From: Heteronotia binoei | Taxonomy: Eukaryota | Assembly (NCBI RefSeq): GCF_032191835.1 | Contig: NC_083230.1 | Span: 83,700,001 to 83,764,000, forward strand | DNA: 64,000 nucleotides | Direction of reading: 5' to 3' | In this document: positions 35,422 through 48,060 of the stretch, in pieces | Layout of the letters: each line of letters starts with the position of its first letter | Position numbering within the stretch: position 1 is the first letter of the stretch | Position numbers and translations under genes: made by a program | The notes under the pieces: model-generated | What the model was told of the DNA's origin: nothing | Seen by the model: only the letters and a program-made list of their open reading frames with translations | Databases searched by the model: none

Positions 35422-36059
35422 GTGAGTTATCCTGAAAAGCTTTGGGTTCTTGTCCTCCATTCCTTGTGCTACTCCCCCTGTTTTGTTGCTGACTCCCCTT
35501 CTTCACTGTAGTGGTTAGAGTACTATAGTGCACAGTGGCTCTGTTTGAGCAAAGCTGAAGAGAGCCTTCACAGAGGGTGTCTGAAAGATTTAGAGGAGCA
35601 CATGATCATTTAGGGGAAAAAAGGTGGATTGCTGTGTCAAGGAAAGGAGCTAGTCTTATTCTCAGTTTCTGAAAATGACTGGGGAAGGGAGAGTGGGATG
35701 CATTGGCTGAGAGCTTGTATAACTCATGGACATAGTGGCCTCAAAGTATTTGGAATACCTCATAACACATCCATGTTGGTAACCATGGGATAACCCTGCT
35801 TTTACTGGCTCCCACCCTGTGTCTCTTGACAGGCTCTTCCTTCAGTTGTTGGGATCCCTCCAGTCTTGTGAATGAGCCTTACTTTTAGCTTTGAAAGTGC
35901 AGTAAGCTGTGCTGAGAGAATTCATTTACCCGCCTGACTTCTTTTAAGGGCTGACTTCTCGTTATTGCAGAGCTCTCCTATCTCTGTGTCCTCTTGCTGT
36001 GTGCTCTGTAAGCAGTGGATAGGATTTAACATTCTTCACTTTTCCCAACCCACTTTCAG

Positions 36060-36288
36060 ATCAGCCGTATTGAGTACATTCATTCCAAGAATTTCATCCA
36101 CCGAGATGTGAAGCCAGACAACTTCCTTATGGGGCTCGGCAAGAAAGGCAACCTAGTGTACATCATTGACTTCGGACTGGCCAAGAAGTACAGAGATGCC
36201 CGCACCCACCAACACATCCCCTACCGGGAAAACAAAAACCTGACTGGCACAGCACGCTATGCCTCTATAAACACCCATCTTGGCATTG
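36060..36288 (+). CDS. CSNK1E: CSNK1E exon 5 ([22 protein letters not shown]...IIDFGLAKK...[15 protein letters not shown])
   Basis: ctttcAG acceptor, GTGAGT donor, 229 nt, HRDVKPDN and DFG motifs. Arg178 (hamster tau site) is intact. Confidence 0.98.
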
Positions 36289-38032
36289 GTGAGTCTGTCT
36301 AGAAGTTAGGTTCTGGTGGACATGATTATGGAGAGATTTGTGAAGGCATGCTTTGCAAAGTAACTTCGACCTTAATGCCTGAACTATGGCCCTAATGTTT
36401 AGAAGGGTGCCTTGACTTTGCTGTAACATTGTGTATATAAGTAGTGTGGCAGAAATACGATTTTTAAGTGAGGGTTTTATATGGCATTCTTAATTACCTG
36501 TGTGCGGTTAAGTTTTAATGTTTGGTTTGGTGCCAAAGGACATGAGGCACAGAAGAGAGAGCTCATCTTTGGCTCAGTGCTGTCCAAACAATAGGCATTT
36601 CTCCTTTGGCTATGGGTAGAAGGAATCCTTTGTGATGCTGTGTGTTGTTCTTGTACTAGTTACCCAATAGCCAGGATGCTAGCAAGAAAACAGCTAGATG
36701 ACATTGGCTGGGGGAACACCATATATAAGCCATTTTTGCTGGTCTGAGCTCCTAGATTTCACCAGAACTCTAGTCAGTGTTTGCAGGATTGTATTGTAAT
36801 CTCTACTCATTCCTCTTCAGTCATGGGATATTGGGCTAGATGAACAGCATCTCTCCACAATATAGTATAGGTCTATCTTGTTCCCTTTAAGGGCCCCTTT
36901 AAGCAAGCTGCATATTTAACAGAAAATAAAGTGCTTTATTGGAAGTGTAAGTGAGAATGAACTTGCTCTACTCTGCATCTTAAATGAGAGGCACTCCTTT
37001 GAAAGACTTGCAACAACTAGAAGAATGGATTCTCTACCTACAATAAGAAAGCTAGCAATAAAGCTTAACCTTAAGCCCAAATGTTTAGCTTGTAAACAGT
37101 TTTTACACTCTCCATGACTTTGGATCTTTCTCCGTGTCAAACTTCTCCAAGATAGTCTCTAGCCTTTCTCTTATTTCAGGAAATTTCAAAAGCTGTCAAA
37201 TGTAGGGATTAGCTTTCTAGTAACCATTCTGTTATTATGCAGGCTTCAAAATATGCAGAATTTTAAGGCAAAGTGAGCATTCCTTGCACAGAGATATGAA
37301 GGCTTGAAAACCAAGGAAAGAAGGTATTTTCCCCAAAGAAATCCTTCAGTTTCTGCAATGGAAATGTTGGGAAAATGCTTTTAAAAGACCCTTCTATGAA
37401 CTATTTTCTCATTTGGAAAGAGTGAAATGTTTAGATGGTTTTACTCGCTCAAAGGCTGCAATCAGATGGGAGTTTTGGTCTCATATAGTTGCTTTTTCTT
37501 ATTGGATTAAAAGGGCTCAATCACACAGTCACATCTGGCAGCCATTCCCCAGTCGCAATCACCCAGTCATGAGACAAGTTGGATACGGAGTAAATAGACA
37601 GTAGTTGCATTCTGATGCTAATGAATCCCCACACATTCATCCCACGTGTCTAAATGTCTGAACTCCCTCAATGTATGCTCAAACCAATTTTGGAAGTGTG
37701 GAAATTTAGTTCAAATTTTGCTGTTCTGTTTTTTTTAAATCATAGAGCACATGCACACCCAATAAGTCTTTTCACTTCATTATTTTTTTTTTTTAAAAAA
37801 AGACCAGATCACGCGCTCCCTGGTTGACGTGCAGCACTAATCTTAATGGTCAACCATGAAGAAGTGTGCAGTGAGACCAGATCAGGATGGGAGTCTGATG
37901 GAAAACCCTGTCACAATGTGATGGAATACTTAGCACCAACGCCAAAACGCCCAGACCGCCAGTCTGAATGAAGCCAAAATGCATGCTTTGAACATTCCTG
38001 TATAATGCTTCTGTTATATATGCTTCTACAAC

Positions 38033-38310
38033 AGGGATGGCCAGACTTGCTTAACGAAAGAGCCATATAGAGTAATTGTCAGATGTTTGAAAGAAATGAA
38101 TGTCAGGTATTTGAGAGCTGCAAGGAAAGAAGTGAGGAAAGCAAATAGATGGAGGATGGAGGGAGAGGTGAAAAGAAAGCAACTTTAACTTTAAGTGCTT
38201 TATGCCAATAAAGGCTAACTTGAACTTTAAGTGCCTTCTCCAAGCCAGCCAATGGGGTGGTAGGGACTTTGAGAGCCACACAATGTGTGTGAAGGAGCCA
38301 CATGCTCCAG
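38033..38310. mobile_element. hAT element 5' fragment
   Basis: CAGGGATGGCCA terminus and recurring gagagccac subterminal motifs. Confidence 0.5.
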
Positions 38311-38548
38311 TGTAATTCCTGAATATACTACAGTACTCAAATCCAGGATGCTTTTCTGGACTTAGAGGGTCCTACCATCTTTGTGAGGAACACACAGGAC
38401 CCTCTTGTGAATTTCTGCTTTCCTTCATCTCATGACCTTTCAAACTAAGCAGTATGTGTTTTGGTAGCACGGGGTATAGCAGCTTGCAGTTCTGTCTCTA
38501 GTACTGGATTTGTGCAAAGACATTTCTCCCTTGGTGTATTTTTGAAGC

Positions 38549-38760
38549 CCTCGCCTGGATAGCCCAGGATAGACCTGCCCCAAGCCTGTCCTATGGGAAG
38601 GGTGGACTAAAAATTGAAATAAATAGTCCAATCTCATCAGATCTTGGAAGCTAAGCAGGGTCAGCCTGGTTAGTATTTGCATGGGAGACCACTAAGGAAG
38701 TCTAGAGTTGCTATGCAAAGGTGGGTAATGGCAAACCACCTCTGAACATCTCTTTCTTGA
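38549..38760 (+). mobile_element. 5S rRNA-derived SINE with Bov-B-like tail, interrupted by an L2-like tail fragment
   Basis: atctcatcagatcttggaagctaagcagggtc..ggttagtatttgcatgggagacc is 5S-like and is followed by ggcaaaccacctctg. Confidence 0.8.
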
Positions 38761-41639
38761 AAAAAATCAATGGTTGGAGTCCCCAACATTTTGAGCCTGC
38801 AGGCACCTTTGAAATTATGACTCCAAGTTGTCAGCGCAACCATAAAATGGCCACCACAGGAGGTGGAGTCAACCAACAGTTGGTTGTGCATAACTCCTGA
38901 ATATTTCTAACAGTAGCTCTGTTTAACAGGATGCCTCTTAAAATGAATACGTGGTTTAAAAATATTTTCTTGCATGTACCTTCACACAGTGACAATCCTT
39001 GTACTATGGTAGCAGCTGCTGCCAAAGTATCTTTTTAAAAATCTGCACCGCTAATGAGAAATGCTGCTGGGTAAAAGCTCAATTTTACCCCACCCACTCC
39101 CTCAAAACCTTTGGTGGGTGCCATGTAAGGAGTCCACGGGTACCACTTTGGGGACTCCAGCTCATTAGGGTCATCATAAGACAACTCTAACTTGGTTGCA
39201 AAAATATTTTTTTAAAATTAAAAGTATAGTTTTATATGCTAAGGTATGAATGTTCTATATTGTTAAAGCAATAAGATGTTTAAATTTGATAAGAATGTAT
39301 TGCTTATGTTTCACTTTTTCCCTAAACGTCCTTTTTTCCCCAAGTGGGGGAAATGTGTTCTTCTCCCCACCACCACCAACCACCAAATGGCTTCAAATTT
39401 CTTAAAATCTTGCATCTCTATTTGCAGAGTTGTAGTTACATAGACTGAAAGATGTGCATGGGGCATATGAGTAATAAATAATAATAATATCATGAGGCAA
39501 AGTGTTCATAGAAGGACACTTTTCACATACTTGAATGCATAGCCTGCTCCAAACCCCCATGCTGATAAAAAAATTAGAAAATAAATACAAAAGCATAGAT
39601 TAGATTAATTCTACACAATACTGGGAATAGAGACTATCCAACAATTAAATGTCTTTAAATTAGATTAACTGCCAGGCTTTCTGGAGATCAATTAAATGTT
39701 ACACTGAAAGACCACAAAAGTTTTTTTTTTTAAGGCTCTTGGACAATAGCGTGATCTGTAAAATGGCCATGTTGAATGGCCTGTTTCTACATACCAGAAA
39801 GGAACATCATCTTTAAGCCTATGCATTTGGCCTGGAATGAAATAGCAATCACTTTTCACATTGGCTGGCACTTCCAGAATCCTAGAGGGGGCTTGTTTTT
39901 TGCACCACTTAAGGGCAAATTTTAATCAGTTTTATTTTTTGTATTGATCATGCGCTTAATCGAAGCTTTCAGTTTTAAACCAGGTAGACTCCACTGTGAT
40001 GTTCTGATCACTCCCATCTGTAAAAGAAAGGTAGAGGAAATATAGAAGTGGAAAATCAAAATGATGGTCTTTCCTACAAAGAGAGTCCAGAAACTATGGT
40101 ACTTTAGTTTTGGCAGAAAAGATGGTTAAGGAAGACATGGTTATGGTTTATAGAATCATGAATTGCATGCAGAAGATCAGTATTCTCAAATACCAAACTC
40201 CAAGTCTTCCAGTGGCATTAACTAACTAGAGGCTCACAACAGAGAGGACACACAACAGTACCTAATTAACCTTGTTCAGATTCCTTGTTGAGTATTCCCA
40301 TGATCAATAGCGATGAAAACAGTAGCACTTTCATGTTCCAAAGTAAAATATCTCCAAGAATCAGTTACTGGGGATGAATAAGGGGTGTCTGACAGCATGA
40401 TCTGTTCTCAAGGGCTTGTGGGTGACAGCGTTTGAAGACACAAAGCTGAGCAAACCAGCTCTTGGGTTGACCCAGCCAGGCAATTCCTACATTCTTAAGA
40501 GAGTTCTGGCAGTTTTCCAGTACCACCTTTTTGCCTGTTCTTACTGCCCAAACATGGCATGTGATAAGTGGATTCTCAATGAAAATATTTAAGATGTTGT
40601 TTTTGAGAGCATCATGGCCTTGGCCATGTGCTGGAGGTGCTCTCAGTTCTCTAATTTGCTTTTAGGGTCCTTCACTAGTGTGGAAGACTATCTAGCCTAA
40701 TTCTGTAAACATGGTCTGCATTGCATCTAAGTCAGCAGAAAGATGTTCTCACATGTTCTGTATTTTGAAGGTTGCTAAATACTCATCCCTCTTTCTTAAT
40801 GAGACTCTTATTTTTAAGGGTTATTAGGGGATAAGCCTCACACTCTCACCCTTGAAGAATTACAATCTTGTTTTTTTTGTTGACGAAATTACCAGCGGAG
40901 CAAAACTGACCTGAACAGATTCACAGCTGCATGAAGGGTTTTTGATAGCAATGACAGAAGTAATTAGACTCTTTGCTTTCTTCTTTGACAAGCAAGGTGT
41001 GGAAGCATTAGAACAAACACTCCCTGTACATGCAAGCTGACTCCTGTTCTGGTCCAGTGGTATTTATTATGCATCATTCAATTAAGCACAGCTTTCTAGA
41101 CCACCACAGCTTGTATCCTATGGTCTTTCCCACCCAAGGAGGTGGTGGTCAGCAGTTCTTTCTGATTTTTGCCATGTCAAGGCACTGCATACCCCAGCAC
41201 TGCTCCAGTGTTGCTCTTAGAACCTACGTGTGATTGTGAGCAGTTCTGGACTTATAGCTGGAGAGCCCTTTCCATGAGCTGTTTAGCTCAAGGTTCTTGT
41301 TTTAATACACCTCTAGGTGACCAGGCTGGCTACAGCTATGTATGCTGCCTCCCCCCCCCCCAGTTTATTAACTAATTTCATAAACTGTCACCCACTGTCT
41401 TTCTTAAATGTCTTTTAATGCACCCCATCACACATCCTTGTCCATATTTTTCCCAGTGGCTTAAATTGGTGATTTTCAAACCTCCTGTCTTTCTGCTCTC
41501 TGTTTCTCTGGGGACCTCTGTAAAATTTGTGGATGCAGAACCTGTTGTGCTACCAGTCAAGCCTGTTGGAAGAGTGCAGCCCAGACCGATTACAGTGCTT
41601 GCCTACATGGAGCTAGTGGATAGCTCTATCAAAGTGGCA

Positions 41640-42330
41640 GCCAGTGTACCACAGGAGTGAAAAAGGCAACCTTTATGCTGAGGATTATTAGGAAAGAGAT
41701 TGAAAATTAAACTACCAGTGTTATAATGCTGTTGTATAGATCTGTGGTGGAGCCTCATTTGGAATACCATGTGCAGGTCTAGTAACTCAACCAGGGTGTT
41801 GCAAAGCTGGAAAAAGTACAAAAGAGGGCAACCAAGGTAATTAGTGTGTTGGAGCATCTTTCCTAGGAGGGAAGGCTGAAAGAGTCTAGGACTTTTCAGT
41901 TTAGCAAAGAGGCAACTAATGCGGGGTGTAATAGAGGTTTTTATAAAACTAAGCAATGGGTTAGAGAGAATGGACAAAGAATGTCTTTCGCAAAATACTG
42001 GAATCTAAAGGCATCAAAGGAAGTTGATGGGGAGTAGATGGACAAAAATAAATACTTCTTTACACAGTAGGTGATTAAAAGGTGGAATTTGCTGCCAGAG
42101 TATCCTATGGCCATAGGCATAGACAGCTTTAAAAGTGGATTAGACAAATTCATGAAGGATAGGTCTATCAGTGACCACTAGCCTGAATGCCAGTGTGAGG
42201 AGGCAACAACAAGGGAAGGCCTTGGCCTCTTTGCCCTTTTGCAGACCTTCCAGAGTTACTGGCCACTGTGCAAGACAGGATGCTGAACTAGATGGATCAC
42301 TGGCCTGATCCAGCAAGGCTCTTTTTATGT
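41640..42330 (+). mobile_element. CR1 LINE 3' fragment (sense)
   Basis: aaaaaggcaa..ggattattaggaaag..ctcatttggaatac..aaagagggcaaccaag..gacttttcagtttag; ends gatccagcaaggctctttttatgttc. Confidence 0.88.
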
Positions 42331-45139
42331 TCAGTGACCAAACCATAGTTACAGCCCATGGATGTGTGGTACCTAGAAAAAGGAGTGCTGAGCATATAGA
42401 AAACACTAACTACTGTAAACCATTGCTTGCTTGCATATCTGGAAGTTGGTTTCTGAATTGTGATTAGCATAAGCCATGGTCTGGTTGATTTCTGAACTTA
42501 GAGAATGCTTGTGAATTTCCACATGACAGTTGCATTGAGATGGTTTCATAGGTAATCTCAGAAGCTGTGTGTTGCTTTTCCTTCACAACTGTAGTGGCCC
42601 TTAGTCATAGTGCCTTCAGCTGCGCCAGTTGGGCGTGTACACAGTCTGTGCATCAAGCAATGTGAACTTCTGTTTGTGACTAGATCTTTTCAGCTTGGCA
42701 GATAAGCATCAAGTGTTAGTTTGCATGTTGATTGATGGATGTTAAGTCTCAGCAATAAGGCACGCCTGTTGAAATTGATGTATAGAGATGGCTTGCCCTT
42801 CCCATAGCATTCTCAAATGCTATAAACCTGATGAGGTTGTCTAGGTATTTAAAGATTAATCTGGTGGAAGTCCTGATTCTTTTTATGCTTCCGTGATGAG
42901 GAAAACCAGATTATGCCAGCTCATTCTCTAAACCGAATAAGTTATGCAAAGTATACTAAATTCAGAAATGTACCCTGAATGGTTTTTTATGGTGGTGTGA
43001 GCTGTCTTATAGACTCCTTACGCTTAAAGGGGGGCTACAAATGAAACAATACTTCCACCGTTGGCCTCTTCTTTCTGCATTCAGATTCTTTAAAAATACT
43101 AACACACCATTGTTAGCCAGTTCTCTTTTTAGGGGAAGAATCTTAATTTCTTGATCCGAATTTGAGATCTGACATGAGAGCACCCTTTACACAAATCTAC
43201 TACGCTGTGTATTCATGTGCACATTTTATTTCAATTTATTATATTTGTTATTTATAGTCCGCCTCTTCCACAGGGACTCAAGACAGATTACACGTAGTGA
43301 GCTGGTACAGTCACAAAACTGGGACATCCAATAGCTGTGCATCAGGATTTTAGAAGTCTGGAACCACCAGAAGGGACAGAAGTATAGCCTAAGTATTCAT
43401 TGAGTGGTACAGAAATTACACAAATAGGATCCTACTTACAATAAGCTAAACACAGAAGTATGGACCATAATACTCCTTAGTCATTTATTGAAGCAAGTTT
43501 GTAAAACCATTTTGTGCAGTACATCCCAATTACTTGTGCATACCATGTGATCTATTTAGGATTGCTTACACTCTGGTTGTTTGCCCTAGTTTTGGATGCT
43601 ATTGTGAAGCAAGAATTTTTCCTGCTTCTTCACAGCGCCATGGTGTTTCCATGCACCTCTAGTTCCCACTCATCTTTTCTGTGATCTTTCCCAAACATGT
43701 TTTGCTGCAATGTTTTTAAAAAGATACCAGCAAAGCCAGGGTTGCCACCATGTGAATGGGGAAGCCCAGACCCCATTCACTGTTCCTGCTATGGTCCCTT
43801 GCAATGTCCATTTTCCCCTGCTACTGCAGTTTTGTTTTTTTTAATAGGTATGGAATAGCATTGTTATAAAAATCTGTGTATCAGGCTCTCTGAACTCCCA
43901 CCTTTTCTGTTTTTAAAACGAGATCTGGGAATTCAAGATAATCTGATAACACAGATTCAAATATTGATTTAAAAGAACCTGAAAAAGCATCCGTGATGTT
44001 GGGGGTTGACACTGTGAGGTGACTGGGAAAGGGAAAACGTGTGGAAACCTGTGTGGAAGCACTGTATTGGCAGCTTTAATGGGGGAACTACACAAGCCTT
44101 TCTCTGAGCAGAAAACTCCTAGGACAGACTTACCAGCCTTTTATCCCTGGCTAGATGCAACATTCTATTCATATATTGCTATCTGTTGGATAGCGCTGTG
44201 AGCTGTTACCATCAATCCTATACCGCTGGAACCTTTTAAAGAGAAATAGCTTGAGCAGCTTGGTTTAGACAAGGCCTGAGGAGTCAAGGCAAGATCTGTA
44301 ATTAGAAGCTGGGGACGCTATGAGAGCTGGCAATTGGCTGGCTGACAAAAGTTTGCAATTATTCAGAGTCTGGAATTCTGTGCTTAAAATATCGCATTCT
44401 GCAATCAGGAAACCCCCAGGTCGGCTGGCTGGCTTCATTTGGGCTGTCCAGTTTTAACTCTGTCTTTAATGAATCCCCGCTAGTCAGTTTTCTGTCTGGG
44501 CTGCATTATTTAGTTCTTGCATTTAATTTTAGAGAGGAGAAGGAGAACTGCATTGTTTGGGACTTATTTGACTGTGGTATCTTCAATTAGAAGAGCCTTC
44601 ATTTGAATGTGTAGTGCAAGGATTAATGTCCAGAGGAAATACAGGATGTGTATTCAGTCAAACCCTATATGAAAGAAGGTTGGGAGGAAAGAAAAGGAAG
44701 TCTGGGAGGGGCCCTTCAGCTGGACCCTACAGAATCAGTTCTTGGGAGGAGAAGCAGACTCTTGATTTATGCATTCCATTCAGTTTTCACATGCTCTGAA
44801 GATGACTTCCAGCATATCCTGCACCCTTGAGAGATCTGAAATAGACACCTTGAGGGGTCCAAGAGTGGGCCTGTAACAGATTCTGTCTAAATGCTGGAGG
44901 AGGGCATAAATATATACTAGTTCTCTTTATATGCTTGCAAGTGTCTGGAAGCACACAGCTGAAGCCCTCTTACTTTCTCGTACCAGTAGCGGATCTCATA
45001 CCAAAATAAAGGCATTCATCATTCTCAGAATAACTGAATGCACTGGATAGGGGAGAGAGAAATTGTAAAATACAGCATTTCACAGTTCCATTAGTTGTGA
45101 GCAGCAGTGCTAATCACCATTAATGTTTATATAAAGTGT

Positions 45140-45305
45140 CATCAAGTTGCGGCTGACTTATGGTGACCCCACAGTGTTTTCAAAGCAAGAGATTAAGCAA
45201 ATGTGGTTTGCCACTGCCTTCGTCTGCAGAGTTTTTCTTGGTGGTCTCCCATCAAATACTGACCCTGCTTAGCTTCCGAGATCTGATGAGATCAAGCTAT
45301 ACTAA
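45140..45305 (-). mobile_element. 5S rRNA-derived SINE (antisense)
   Basis: ggtggtctcccatcaaatact..ccctgcttagcttccgagatctgatgagatc. A decayed sense copy lies at about 46600-46710. Confidence 0.8.
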
Positions 45306-45534
45306 ACCCGTCCACTTCCCAATCTTAATTATCGCTAAGGGTTTTCTGCTTTCCATGTAGGAGTTCAATTAATTGTCTGTGACCAGAGAAAAGAAACCCA
45401 TATATACAGTTCTCTCCCACTGCATGTGCCCCCCCCCCAAATTTCTTTTTTCTTTTTCCCATCTCTTTAAAGATTACCAATAAAATTAAAATGGTACTGC
45501 TGGCACACTCCCAGAGTTGGGTTGCCATGTATAA

Positions 45535-45700
45535 TCTGCCAGTGTAGTGCAGTAGTTAAGAGTGTTGGACTAGGCCTTAAGCCAGTGACACACTCTCAGT
45601 CTAACCTACTTCACAGGGTTGCTGTAATGATAAGTAAGAGAACAACGTAGACTGCTTTGGGTTACCACTGAGGAGAAAAGCAATGTATAAATGAAGTGAT
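45535..45700 (+). mobile_element. Squam3-like SINE with internal deletion
   Basis: gccagtgtagtgcagtagttaagagtgttggactagg..ctaacctacttcacagggttgctgt. Confidence 0.75.
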
Positions 45701-46109
45701 TTTTTAAAATGATCAGAGCTTTATCTCTTTGTCTGTATGTGTGAGCCTCAGGTATGCTAAGTGTTGAATTTTTCTCACCCACTGAAATAGTAGGAAGAAG
45801 TTGGGCATGCTATGCAAAAGAATATAGGGACATCAGCATTTAATGGCCAGTAGCCTGTCTTTGAAAATGAGGTCACTGGCAAACAATAGTGAAGGGGATG
45901 GTGGGGGAGACAATATCCAGAGCAGTGGGGAAAAGGGAAAAAGAAGTTCTGAACTCTCCCTGTCTGCTGCTCTCCCCCCCATCCCCTTTTATCTTAGTAC
46001 AACACAGAGATTGGAACTGGACTGGTGACATAAGAGTTGTTCAGGGAGAAGTTTAATACTCCCACCCACTGCTGTTTGGTAGCAGCAGCCCACATTTGTT
46101 CATGACGTT

Positions 46110-46460
46110 TTTATTTTATTTTATTTATTTATTTATTTGATTAATTCCCCGCCGGAGCAGGCTCAGGGCGGCTCACAACAATAAAATGAAAACAATCAAT
46201 TTAAAAATTGCATAACATTAATACAGCAATTAAAATTCAATCATTAAAACAATCTGTTGCTGATATCATATGTAGTTTCACTTCCGATGGCTTCAGTATT
46301 CTTACATTTTCTCCCAAAATGACGGTAACTCTAGAGCAGTTAAAGACTAACTGGAAGAGTGTGGTTTTACAGACCTTGCAGAACTGGACGAGGTCCTGCA
46401 AGGCCCTCACTTCCTCCGGTAGCTGGTTCCATCAGTAGGGGGCTGCTGTCGAGAAGAGAA
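46110..46460 (-). mobile_element. L2 LINE 3' fragment
   Basis: (TTTA)n then gctcagggcggctcacaac antisense tail, and gaactggacgaggtcc..agctggttcca ORF2 end. Confidence 0.75.
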
Positions 46461-47699
46461 GCTTCCAATACTTCATGAGGCTATGGTCCAGCAAGCATTG
46501 AAGAGATTTTTGGGGAAAGTAGGGGAGGTGACATAGCATATTGTGGATGGAGCTTGTGATTAGGGCCCAGGTATTTTATACATTAAGTCCCATTTTCAAG
46601 AGACAGAAGGCGGTATGGTATATCTCTGAAGCTAAGCAGGCGTCTACATGAATGGGAGACTTCTAGGGAAGGCAGTTTGCTTCTGGCTTGTCTTGAAAAC
46701 CACTTGCTGAAAACCACTTAGCATTGTGTGTGTGTGTGTGTAGCAGCCTCTGGATTCACTTTGATGTGTGAGTTTCATGTAAATGTTTACAAAGTCATTC
46801 AGGAGTTAGGTTAATATTTCTCTTTTTTTAAAGAGGAATCTGTACTGGAGCTTTATGCTATCCTGTTAATGCATAATAGGGTAAATGCAGCTAAGTTTGG
46901 TTAAAGTTGTTCCAGTGAATGAAGGAGTGTCAATTGTGCCACAGTACATGTATGAATCTTAAGGAGCCTGAGAACTTGGCTTTTGGTACAACAGAAAAGC
47001 AGGCTAAGTGTGAAGGTGGCAGACCCATCTTCTAAAATACAGGTCTATTCTATCACAGTGTAACTTTTAAGAAATCAAGGCACATACAGGAGAGGGGCCT
47101 TCAGCCTTTCTTGTGATTCTTCTCCACCTGCCATGCAAGGTTGTTCTTCTCATAACTAGGCTTACTTCTGATGTGTAAGCCCAGCTGTGAGAAAAGTGCC
47201 TGGGGTTCACTGACCCCTTCTTTTGTTCTAAAAAATAAGCCCCTCACTAAACCCTGCCCCCACAGAATTTATATATATGACATATGTCCCAATTGCAGAT
47301 GTGCCTATTTTAATGCGGGTCTTTTGGGGAGGCTGAGATAGTAGGGAAAAGGGAGGTGCAGAATGAGTCTGGATTCTTCACAGTACAGGTTGGTGGTCAC
47401 ATTTTTTAGTGCTATCCTACATTTTTTAAAAAATTGCAAATAGAAGATCAGCATAGGCTAGGCTACAGAATCCTTTCCTATGTGAAGGAGTATTCCCCCC
47501 TCCCTGCACAGTCTGAAATGGTTAGGCCCATTTTGCTGGCTCAGCATTATGCAGCCTCATTCTGTTGCAGTTATAGACCTGGCTGCCTATGGTGGCTTCT
47601 CCAGAATTAGTGCAGCCTGATAAAATAGCAGGCAGCTATTCCTCCTCTGCTTCCCCAGCCTGCATTCCTTTTTATTCTCCCCCCCCTGTAAAACTGGAA

Positions 47700-48060
47700 A
47701 TTTGTTTATTTTATTAGATTTTTATCCCACCCCCTGCCACAGAATAGGGCTTGGGGCAGCTAGCAACATCACAATACAATAAAAACAATAAACCATAATT
47801 TCAGTAAAATCCAGTTAAAACTCGGTGCACCGCTTTTGGCATGCCTAGTGGAATAGGTCTGTCTTATATGCCCTGCAGATCGCAGACAAGTCCCATAGAG
47901 AGTGAGTCTCCTCTGGGTTGGGGCCAAGATGAAAAAGGCCCTCACCTTTGTGGTACTCAGAGAGGCAAACTGAGGGCTAGGCACCACCAGAAGCCTCCAT
48001 GCGGCTGAACAAAGACACTGTGAGGAGTTGTGACGGGAGGGGCATTGTGCATATGGGCAT
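47700..48060 (-). mobile_element. L2 LINE 3' fragment
   Basis: Antisense tail plus aaaaggccctcacc..ctcagagaggc (TRARAF motif). Confidence 0.7.

Noticed and set aside
34794-35460. Minus-strand ORFs (164 aa, 63 aa) overlapping exons 3-4
   Set aside because: Antisense shadows of CSNK1E coding exons plus intron, with no recognisable domain or splice structure.
38620-38700. 5S rRNA-like sequence (also 45240-45300)
   Set aside because: Partial, diverged and fused to a Bov-B-like tail, so a SINE rather than an rRNA gene.
47147-47193. 19-bp imperfect hairpin
   Set aside because: Short, with two A:C mismatches on the transcribed strand. Consistent with a decayed MITE remnant.
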